Assembly: GCF_000025945.1 (NCBI RefSeq)
Contig: NC_006138.1
Span: forward strand, 1,200,001-1,232,000
Source of the DNA: Desulfotalea psychrophila LSv54
GTDB taxonomy: Bacteria > Desulfobacterota > Desulfobulbia > Desulfobulbales > Desulfocapsaceae
Reading direction: 5' to 3'
Length of the DNA: 32,000 nt
The notes beneath the pieces were generated by a model, which was given only the letters and a program-made list of their open reading frames with translations, was not told the origin of the DNA and searched no databases. The position numbers and the translations under genes are program-made. Positions 9,014-15,919 of the stretch are shown here, one piece after another (the first letter of the stretch is position 1; each line of letters starts with the position of its first letter).

Positions 9014-10339
9014 ATGAAAAAGATTATGGTAGGTTTTGTGGCACTTCTCGTTGTTGCAGGAGTCTGCGCCCCATTTATTAACGGACTTGTCATGGAGAAA
9101 ATGGTTACACAGTCTCAAGATGATCTGAATAAAATGTATGTAGATACCGGTTCAGACATGGCTGTTGAGGTTATCAAATATGACAGAAAGTTTTCTTCAT
9201 CAGAGATCGAGTGGAAGATTAAATTGGGAAGTCTTGCCGCAATATATGGTGTTGATGAAATCATATTTGTAGATCGGGCAGATCATGGCTTTACTGGTGT
9301 TGTGTCTAAAACCAGCCTTGAGAAGAATCGATGGTTTGTCGATTTGTTAGATGATAAATTTGATGGAAAAAACCCTTTGACCATAACGACTACATATAGA
9401 TTAGGAAGGAAAATTGAGTCGGTAATTGACATTGGTTCTTTTACCTTGCAACTGGGAAATGAGTCTGTTGCTTCCCTGCCGGGAAGGATTGTCTCTGAAT
9501 ATGATGTGGGTTTGACACATTGGATAAGTGAAGCAACGTGGGCAGGATTTTCTGTGCCGGGTAAGGTCAGTATGGGTGGTTTTTCCCTCGGGTGCGATTT
9601 GGAGAAAATTTCTACTTATATTTGGGATGGTGATCTCTCATATGAAATTAAAGATATCAAGGTTGAGGGCAAGAAGGGAAATTTTGAACTTGTAAATTTT
9701 GCAGTTCAATACACTCTGGGTTATGACAAAAATAAAAACATGTTATCCATGGGTGGAGAGATTGAAATTGCTAGCATTGCTGTAGCAAACCAGAAAGTAA
9801 AAGATGCAGTTATTAAATTAGCTATAAACAATATAGATGCTCAGAGTTACGAAGAATTTATGAAGATATACACCCAGACGATTGCTTCTACTCTGGACGA
9901 TATCTCTCTAAAAAAAGAAAGTTCTGAAGGGATGGATGAAGCTCTGAAGCAAGAGATGGCCACCGCTGGTATTCAGATGATGGCGGCATGCGAGAAATTC
10001 TTAAAAAAGGGATTGGAGCTAAAAATTTCAGACCTGCATGTTCAACTTCCGGAGGGGCGAATTTCTGGTAATGCAGGATTGATATTAAATAAGGACGTTA
10101 CTTTTGCACAATTGGCCCCCATCGTCATCCAACCTAACTTGGCATTTGATATTTTTTCCCTGCAATCCGATTTTAGTATTCCTGCAGAACTTATTAGCGA
10201 TAAGAGCAAGCTTGTCTCACCAGTATTCCCGGGAATGCAGACTGGCCTGTTTGTGATAGACGGAGAAAATTTGGTCCACAGGACACAAACTAAAAATGGA
10301 AAACTGCTCTTAAACGGAAATGAAATGCTCTTCCATTAA
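9014..10339 (+). CDS. YdgA-like (DUF945) family protein, secreted or membrane-anchored
   Basis: AGGAG RBS then ATG 9014. N-terminal signal/anchor MKKIMVGFVALLVVAGVCAP. Size, repeat-like beta-rich composition and the C-terminal ..NGKLLLNGNEM.. resemble E. coli YdgA. Confidence 0.55.
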   Translation: MKKIMVGFVALLVVAGVCAPFINGLVMEKMVTQSQDDLNKMYVDTGSDMAVEVIKYDRKFSSSEIEWKIKLGSLAAIYGVDEIIFVDRADHGFTGVVSKTSLEKNRWFVDLLDDKFDGKNPLTITTTYRLGRKIESVIDIGSFTLQLGNESVASLPGRIVSEYDVGLTHWISEATWAGFSVPGKVSMGGFSLGCDLEKISTYIWDGDLSYEIKDIKVEGKKGNFELVNFAVQYTLGYDKNKNMLSMGGEIEIASIAVANQKVKDAVIKLAINNIDAQSYEEFMKIYTQTIASTLDDISLKKESSEGMDEALKQEMATAGIQMMAACEKFLKKGLELKISDLHVQLPEGRISGNAGLILNKDVTFAQLAPIVIQPNLAFDIFSLQSDFSIPAELISDKSKLVSPVFPGMQTGLFVIDGENLVHRTQTKNGKLLLNGNEMLFH

Positions 10340-10516
10340 GAACCAACAGTGGGGTCGGGATGCCAAAATGTGGAAAAGCTCACTCTTGTAATAATGGGGG
10401 TTATTCCAACAACTCAGATCTATATGATAAATTCAATTCACACTAATCAAGAGGGAAGTTTCCTCAATAATAGATTGGCATCACGATCAGAGAGTTAGCC
10501 ATGGAAAGGAAATAAT

Positions 10517-11161
10517 ATGACACTGAAGAAATCAAATATGGTATGCAATGTAACTTCATTAATACCAAATAATGAAATATTTGGCGTGAGTGGGAGTCCT
10601 AGAAAAAATGGGAATTCAGATATATTACTGAAAAGCATAATTTCAGGAGTAGATTCTGAAAATATAGTATCAACTTGCTGTAATTTAACAGATATTCAAT
10701 TTCAGGGATGTATAGGATGTGAAAAGTGTAGAAAAGATAAAATATGTACAGGGTTGCTTGATGGTATGTCACTTATTTATGATTCAATAATTTCATCAAA
10801 AGGGCTTGTAGTTGTCTCGCCTACCCACAACTATAATATCACCTCATGGATGAAGGCGTTTATTGATCGTCTATATTGCTTCTACAACTTCGAAAATGAT
10901 CGTCCAAGAAGTTGGTCTAGTCAATTGGCAGGACAAGGTAGAAAAGCCGTGATAGTAGCAATATGTGAACAAAAAACTAAAGATGATATGGGCTTTACTC
11001 TTGAAGCAATGAGAAAACCTCTCGAAGCACTTGGCTATGAGATAGTTGGCGAACTTTCTATCTTCAGAATATTTGACAAAGGCAAAGTTAAACAAGATCA
11101 AGAAGCTATAGAAAAAGGACGTGAACTCGGTATAAGGTTAGCGAAATCAATCAGAGAATGA
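10517..11161 (+). CDS. Flavodoxin-fold NAD(P)H-dependent FMN reductase / iron-sulfur flavoprotein-like
   Basis: GVSGSPRKNGNSDILL FMN-reductase N-terminal motif, a Cys cluster CIGCEKCRKDKIC, and SPTHNYNITSWMKAFIDR. A sampled 60-nt line here has about 35% G+C. Confidence 0.65.
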   Translation: MTLKKSNMVCNVTSLIPNNEIFGVSGSPRKNGNSDILLKSIISGVDSENIVSTCCNLTDIQFQGCIGCEKCRKDKICTGLLDGMSLIYDSIISSKGLVVVSPTHNYNITSWMKAFIDRLYCFYNFENDRPRSWSSQLAGQGRKAVIVAICEQKTKDDMGFTLEAMRKPLEALGYEIVGELSIFRIFDKGKVKQDQEAIEKGRELGIRLAKSIRE

Positions 11162-11187
11162 GTTGTATATTCCAGTAGTAAAATTTA

Positions 11188-11221
11188 GCTGGATTAGTGC
11201 CACAAGCTGCTTGAACTCAGC
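11188..11221. repeat. Copy I: 34-nt relic holding only the two termini of the TIR element
   Basis: GCTGGATTAGT + GCCACAAGCTGCTT matches the left end of copy F (GCTGGATTAGTACAATAAGTGCAACAAACTGCTT) with a 9-nt gap. It then runs directly into the right-terminal AACTCAGC. Confidence 0.45.
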
Positions 11222-11379
11222 CTTGGTCGTCAGAAACCATTTAATCTTGTCATTCTGACATATAAAGATATCTCCTATGTACCCGAAAAGACGAGTTTAA
11301 GATAATTTGACTTTGGAAACGCCAGGAAAGCCAACGGGAGATATTCTCTCCCTGTTGAGTGAAGCGTGAGGTTTGGCAC

Positions 11380-11775
11380 ATGATAATACTAAGTATACAA
11401 GAGTATGATGGCTTATCAGAATTTGAACTGTTTTTGAATAAAGTTTCTGGCAAACTCGCAGCTTCTATATGTAAAAAATTTCATGCCTATACTGAACTTA
11501 ATGACATTTATAGTTGCAATAGTTTGAAAATTCTGAAACCTAAGATATGGGGTTATAAAGGTACTATTTATAAGCTTCGGGTAGATTGTGGTAAAGAATC
11601 AGCACGAGTGCTGTTTGTAAAAATGGCAAATGACAACATTGTACTATTGCATGGGTTTGTGAAAAAAACTAGAAAAACACCGAGTAAGGATGCAAAAATT
11701 GCGATGGCTAATCTCGAGCGACTAAAAAATAATGTAGAAGTAACTGAATTACCATTAACAAAGTATTCGTTCTAA
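11380..11775 (+). CDS. Type II toxin, RelE/ParE superfamily, phage Gp49-like (HigB-type)
   Basis: IYKLRVDCGKESARVLFVKMANDNIVLLHGFVKKTRKTPSKD matches the Gp49/DUF891 signature (..YELR....YR.LF....IVLLHGF.KKT.KTP). No HTH antitoxin ORF lies on either side. Confidence 0.65.
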   Translation: MIILSIQEYDGLSEFELFLNKVSGKLAASICKKFHAYTELNDIYSCNSLKILKPKIWGYKGTIYKLRVDCGKESARVLFVKMANDNIVLLHGFVKKTRKTPSKDAKIAMANLERLKNNVEVTELPLTKYSF

Positions 11776-11784
11776 TCGTTCGGA

Positions 11785-11880
11785 TTCTGGCAAGCTCAAT
11801 GATTTTGGCTGATTATGGATTACTTGAAATTTTTTTGTGTTGGGGGCATAATGCTTTTTGTGATAAAAGGCATGGAATGC
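11785..11880 (+). repeat. Copy G: ~95-nt fragment of the TIR element (promoter block only)
   Basis: GATTTTGGCTGATTATGGATTACTTGAAATTTTTTTGTGTTGGGGGCATAATGCTTTTTGTGATAAAAGGCATGG is nearly collinear with copy C 7608-7675. Confidence 0.75.
11824..11852 (+). promoter_or_regulatory. Sigma70-like promoter motif inside copy G, pointing at the HD-domain gene
   Basis: TTGAAA (11824-11829), 17-nt spacer, CATAAT (11847-11852). Confidence 0.4.
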
Positions 11881-11975
11881 ATTCGTATTATTAGAATTTC
11901 GGATGCCAGGTAATCGTCTATAGTCCTGGCAACCAGAGAGGTTTTGCCTCGGTTGTTTTTTATTTATTTGTTAAT

Positions 11976-12859
11976 ATGTACTTTCCTTCAAGTATTCATT
12001 ATATCAGAGAATTCTCTGTTTTTTGGCCAGTGAAGGGTAAAGAAGAGATAAGAGCACAATCAACCGCAATAACTCAGGAGAAAACTGTGCAAGAAAAAGA
12101 ATATGATAATCTCAGAACATGGTTTCTTAAATATACAGATAGTTTTTTAGATTATCCTGAAGCTGATATTGAAAATATTCTTCTTAAAAAAGAGCATACA
12201 TTAAGAGTTTGCCAGGAAATGGAGCTCATTTCAAAAGAGCTTTCTCCTGAAGATAAAATTCTTGCTCTGACTGTGGCTCTCTTACATGATGTAGGCCGGT
12301 TTGATCAGCTTAGAATTTACAGAACTTTTTCTGATTTTAAGTCGGAAGATCATGCTTCATTAGGTGTGAAAATCTTAAAGGAACTGGATTTATTAAAAGA
12401 CCTTGATCCTGTGGACGTTGAATTAATTTTCTTTGCTGTAGAAAATCATAACAAGCCTGAAATTGTTCCTGACTGTTCTTTTCAAACTGAAACAATTACT
12501 AAACTTTTGAGAGATGCAGATAAACTCGATATTTGGCATGTTGTAATCGATTATTACAAGGTCGGTGGAGAATATGATAATCCATCGCTTGTTCACAATC
12601 TTCCTTTCGGTGATGATGTCTGTGCCTCTGTATTTCAGGCTATAGAGAAAAGGGATATCATCTCCTATGATTTATTGGAGACTGTAGTAGATATAAAGAT
12701 TTTTAAATGGGCTGGATTTATCATCTTAACACCAGGAAAGCTCTTGAGCTGGCCTCAGAAAGATCTTATCTTGAAAGTATATTTAATACCTTGCCGCAAA
12801 CTGAACGTATTACCAAAATTTATAATAATATGCAGGCGTATCTTGTGGAGAAATATTAA
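11976..12859 (+). CDS. HD-domain phosphohydrolase, apparently frameshifted near 12707-12722
   Basis: HD motifs H..LRV, LLHDVGR, EDHA, ENHN and DADKLD. The better start is GTG 12087, after AGGAG. After ..DIKIFKWAGF the listed frame turns low-complexity and runs into repeat F. The +2 frame instead reads IYHLNTRKALELASERSYLESIFNTLPQTERITKIYNNMQAYLVEKY and stops at 12857-12859. Confidence 0.65.
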
Positions 12860-12873
12860 GTATAAGCAAAGGC

Positions 12874-13090
12874 GCTGGATTAGTACAATAAGTGCAACAA
12901 ACTGCTTAGGGGGTAAAAGAATTCTACCCAAGTACTTTGCACCTTGGCAAGACTCTTTTTGTGCCCTTACTCTATAGCCTCACTAAGGGCACTTCATCCG
13001 TAGATCATCGTCTTGTCTCCAAGATGAGAGAACGTATCCTGTTGGTATAATGCCATAAAAGCTTCTGGCTCTCGTAGAGACTGGAGCCAT
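12874..13090 (+). repeat. Copy F: left third of the TIR element (left TIR intact)
   Basis: GCTGGATTAGTACAATAAGTGCAACAAAC (12874-12902), a hairpin block (12915-12960) and TTCATCCGTAGATCATCGTC (12993-13012), followed by the C-type middle variant. Homology ends near 13090. Confidence 0.8.
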
Positions 13091-13363
13091 TGTTAGCAAC
13101 GATTGGCAAGTCTGTCGGAGATCGTGAATTCGTAGATGCTCAAGGCCTGCCAGGGAACGAACATTGCGGAAGAACTTTCACCATATTCTTGCTAGATCAT
13201 GAAGGTTTCTTTGAGCAGGAAGCCGATGAGCGAGAGTTGGTTTATTGCAAAAACTCCTTTAACGAAGACGCCACAATATCGGTGGAGGATCAACTGTCGC
13301 CGGACTAACCCAGACACACACTGCTGCAACAACCAGAACTGTGAAGTATGCCTCACAACTGGC

Positions 13364-13609
13364 TTAAACTATCGATGTATTTGTTTCCTCTAAGCACTTA
13401 TCACAGATGACTCGCTCAGGATTGATTTTTAGAATACTAAATGGAATTTCCTGTTTGCAGATAAAGCATTCTCCAAAGTTCTCGGCATTAATTCGAGCTA
13501 AAGCCGTAGTTAGTCGCTGTACTTGCAGATCATTTACAGGCGATTTCATCTGTTCCAAGAGACTTGTCTTGATCACAGTAAGTTGTTGTTTATTCATTTG
13601 ATCAACCAT
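13364..13609 (-). CDS. TraR/DksA-family C4 zinc-finger protein
   Basis: 81 aa with C-X2-C...C-X2-C (CFICKQEIPFSILKINPERVICDKC) at the C-terminus after a helical N-terminal part. This is the typical small phage/plasmid TraR layout. Confidence 0.6.
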   Translation of the reverse strand: MVDQMNKQQLTVIKTSLLEQMKSPVNDLQVQRLTTALARINAENFGECFICKQEIPFSILKINPERVICDKCLEETNTSIV

Positions 13610-13897
13610 TCTATTAAAATTTAAAACATCTTTAATTGCGTATCATGTTGCAGTCTTCGAGCCATGTCACAGACTGACGTGACTTCTTCAAAATCATTCG
13701 AAGAATGTCGTGTTGTCTGCCAAGCGCTGGAGTCTAACATATCATTCTGTATCACTACAGAAAGCGTTAAGAAAGTCGGTAATAAGGGCAGGAGTTGCTA
13801 GGCTATAGTGGTATATGTATTACGTATAATATATATATACGGTCAAAAGCGTTACCGCAAAAGAGATAAGGCGTCCCCAGGATTTTGTTACAGTCAA

Positions 13898-13917
13898 ACA
13901 ATAAGTGCAACAAACTG
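13898..13917 (+). repeat. Copy H: solitary left-TIR fragment
   Basis: ACAATAAGTGCAACAAACTG is identical 20/20 to copy F 12885-12904. It is not followed by the rest of the left arm. Confidence 0.7.
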
Positions 13918-13931
13918 TGTTGGTGTTGATA

Positions 13932-13941
13932 GGGGGGGGGG
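13932..13941. repeat. Poly-G homopolymer (G10)
   Basis: Ten consecutive G residues lie between the solitary TIR (copy H) and the left end of copy E. Confidence 0.9.
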
Positions 13942-14001
13942 ATTGTTTGGGTGATCGCTGGAGTAGTACAGTAAGTGCAACAGGCTACTTAGAGATGATG
14001 T

Positions 14002-14051
14002 AAAAAGAATCCTGCCCAAGCATCTCTGCACCTAGGCAAGATTCTTTTTTT
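14002..14051 (+). terminator. Terminator-like hairpin in the left arm of copy E
   Basis: AAAAAGAATCCTGCC (14002-14016) pairs with GGCAAGATTCTTTTT (14035-14049), with one mismatch. A T7 run follows on the plus strand and a T5 run on the minus strand. Equivalent but weaker hairpins occur in F (12915-12960) and B (4136-4180). Confidence 0.4.
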
Positions 14052-14119
14052 GTTCCCCTACGCCATAGCCTCCACCATGGGGCACACCATCCGTAGCATC
14101 AAGCATCGCCTTCTCTTCA

Positions 14120-14147
14120 AGGTAAGTGGGGTCGAACCGCTGACTCC
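14120..14147 (-). other. tRNA-Ala-like fragment (variable loop, T-arm, start of acceptor) embedded in copy E
   Basis: AGGTAAGTGGGGTCGAACCGCTGACTCC matches tRNA-Ala 17740-17767 (AGGTAAGCGGGATCGAACCGCTGACCTC) at 24/28 positions, on the same strand as the real tRNA. Confidence 0.6.
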
Positions 14148-14430
14148 CCCCCTTGGAATTGTTAGATAAAATTGCTTTAAGCCGTTGCCGTAGCTTGCAA
14201 AAGTGCACCTTTCCCAAGATGAACCTGTTTGTCCCGTAATATCTCCTTCCTGCCATATGCTCCATTCCTGTAGGCTCCTTTCAGCCAGAAAATGGTGTTT
14301 TAGAGATCTCTTGCCAGTTTCCTTTATCACCTGGGTAGACTTTTGGGCTAGGGGTGCTTGACCGGTGGAGTTTTTTGGTCTCTTGTTCTGATGCTTTGGA
14401 GTGTGATTTTGGCTCATTATTGGTTTTCTC

Positions 14431-14459
14431 TTGAAGTCATTTTATGTTAGGGGCATAGT
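14431..14459 (+). promoter_or_regulatory. Sigma70-like promoter motif inside copy E, pointing at the DUF6499-type gene
   Basis: TTGAAG (14431-14436), 17-nt spacer, CATAGT (14454-14459). The downstream ORF starts at 14683 after AAGGAGG. Confidence 0.35.
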
Positions 14460-14682
14460 GCTTCTTGTAACAAAGGACATGGGCGAAGGGCGTACCGTCT
14501 TGCGAGAAGCTGTGGTGGAGGTTTCCGTGACCTACTCACTACACGCAGCATCATGTTTAAACCGCTGTTGCACTTATTGTACTAACTCAGCAGTAATTGA
14601 GCTAGGTTACAGTAGTAGTCTAAAAAACAGTAACTTGAATAGATGCTCCAGTGCTTTTTATTGACTCTAAGGAGGCTCAAAA

Positions 14683-15651
14683 ATGATACAAGAAGTCCCT
14701 GAATGGCTCCCTGATTGGAGAAACAAAGAAGAGTACCCAAACCCAAAAAAAACGCCCCCCCAGCAGTGGGCATGGGAATTTTTGCGAAGGAACGTCGATT
14801 ATAGAAAAGAGTACAAAGAACTAATACAGATATCTCCTGAGGTTTTTGGGCAAAAAAAGCATCTTGAGTCCCTCACTGCTGACAAACAAAATAGCTTGCG
14901 AGAGAGCAGGGCAAACTTCACAAAAAAATATTATGGTAAAGAATTACACTATGTAATCGACCCCAAAGAAAAAATTCCTTGGGATAAGGATTTCTTTTTT
15001 CTCGATATAAACAGAAGAAGGGAAGGGCGTTATGTCTTGCGTGGAGGATGTTTGACTCCGCAAAGACAAGAAGCCAAAGATACTAATGAATTTTGGAACC
15101 AAGACATGAATGATCCTTCCATGCTCTGGGAGCTATGTGAGGGAGCAAGCCATTCCTTTAGTAACATGTTATATTTCCTTGAGGAAAACACTGCAAGTAG
15201 CCAGTATTACTACTTGTCTAGAAAAGTTATAAAGAGTGACATAGCGTACATAGGCGAGCATTCGACTAAAATATCAACACAGCCCCATGAAGCAATTTTC
15301 ACCATTAACCTCGACGGTGAGATCAACCGACAGCTAGAGAAAATTAAAAAAATTGCAAACAAACTCCAACAAAACCTCCCTAAGCCCTCTAGCATAACGA
15401 GAGCGAATCTTGTCTCCGGATTCATAGACTATTTAAGAACTTATGATGCTATATTATCCATGGGTGGCCCTCAGGGCGTGGTGAAATCTGAAGTGGCAAG
15501 AGAACTCTATGGGGAGTTTCGTTACGAAGATCCAAATTACAAAACCAACCTTGAAAGAGTCACGGACAACTTCGATTCTGCTAAGAAACTTATCGAAGGT
15601 AAGTACTTGAGGATAGCCCAAAAGCTCTCGTCAAAACGCCTGCCTTCATGA
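14683..15651 (+). CDS. DUF6499-type (WAWEFLRRN motif) putative mobile-element regulator
   Basis: Strong RBS AAGGAGG 7 nt upstream of the ATG. The N-terminal PQQWAWEFLRRNVDYRKEY is the hallmark of DUF6499 / FseA-N-type transcriptional regulator domain proteins. The rest (about 270 aa) I do not recognise. Confidence 0.6.
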   Translation: MIQEVPEWLPDWRNKEEYPNPKKTPPQQWAWEFLRRNVDYRKEYKELIQISPEVFGQKKHLESLTADKQNSLRESRANFTKKYYGKELHYVIDPKEKIPWDKDFFFLDINRRREGRYVLRGGCLTPQRQEAKDTNEFWNQDMNDPSMLWELCEGASHSFSNMLYFLEENTASSQYYYLSRKVIKSDIAYIGEHSTKISTQPHEAIFTINLDGEINRQLEKIKKIANKLQQNLPKPSSITRANLVSGFIDYLRTYDAILSMGGPQGVVKSEVARELYGEFRYEDPNYKTNLERVTDNFDSAKKLIEGKYLRIAQKLSSKRLPS

Positions 15652-15790
15652 TAAAATGGTCGGAACTTTTCGAAATCGTTTTTTTCCTACTTAAAACAGA
15701 AGTCCAAACAGCATAAAACTTCTTATCAACAGATAATAGCTCTCTTCTATGAAAGCTCAAGCCAACAATTGGCAATGATAAGGAGAACCC

Positions 15791-15919
15791 ATGCCACACA
15801 AAAAACAATTTACCCTAAAACACATCAGTGCCAACGTCACCTTGTTATGCAAGTGTATCAAGAACCTTTGCCTATGCGTTATGATGGTTGCTGACCTGGT
15901 TAAAAAGATAAATTTGTAA
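15791..15919 (+). CDS. Possible 42-aa small ORF
   Basis: AGGAGA, then 5 nt, then ATG. Encodes MPHKKQFTLKHISANVTLLCKCIKNLCLCVMMVADLVKKINL. I see no homology; the call rests only on the RBS. Confidence 0.2.
   Translation: MPHKKQFTLKHISANVTLLCKCIKNLCLCVMMVADLVKKINL

Larger units (their letters stand above)
13957..14591 (+). mobile_element. Copy E: the only complete member of the TIR element family (635 bp, no credible ORF) - MITE-like
   Basis: The left end GCTGGAGTAGTACAGTAAGTGCAACAG (13957-13983) matches the reverse complement of the right end (14565-14591), GCTGAGTTAGTACAATAAGTGCAACAG, at 23/27 positions. It contains every block shared by copies A-G. Confidence 0.8.

Noticed and set aside
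13090-13308. 72-aa plus-strand ORF (and the overlapping 13199-13393 ORF) between copy F and the TraR gene.
   Set aside because: TTG start with no RBS, no recognisable motifs, and it begins exactly where homology to the element breaks off. It may be a gene fragment, but I cannot support a call.
14069-14077. CCTCCACCA on the plus strand of copy E, identical to the tRNA-Ala 3' end.
   Set aside because: Other copies read CCTCACTAA or CTTCACTTA at this position. The match is therefore a chance variant of the element consensus, and it lies on the opposite strand to the real tRNA-like block.
14058-14417. 119-aa minus-strand ORF spanning the interior of copy E, considered as a decayed transposase or small element protein.
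   Set aside because: The equivalent frame is broken by stops and frameshifts in A, B, C, D and F. Substitutions between E and B are not biased to third positions. I recognise no transposase motifs (DDE, HTH).
13964-14584. TA dinucleotides flanking GTACA..TGTAC in copy E, considered as a TA target-site duplication (IS630/mariner-like).
   Set aside because: The inverted repeat continues outward for another 7 nt (GCTGGAG / CTCAGC). The same GCTGGA(G/T)TAGT prefix is present in copies F and I, so the TA is internal to the TIR. I could not identify any target duplication.
691-14591. A CRISPR array or other regularly spaced short-repeat structure.
   Set aside because: The repeat units are 100-635 nt long, irregularly spaced, separated by genes and internally complex. 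There is no short direct repeat/spacer periodicity and no cas genes.
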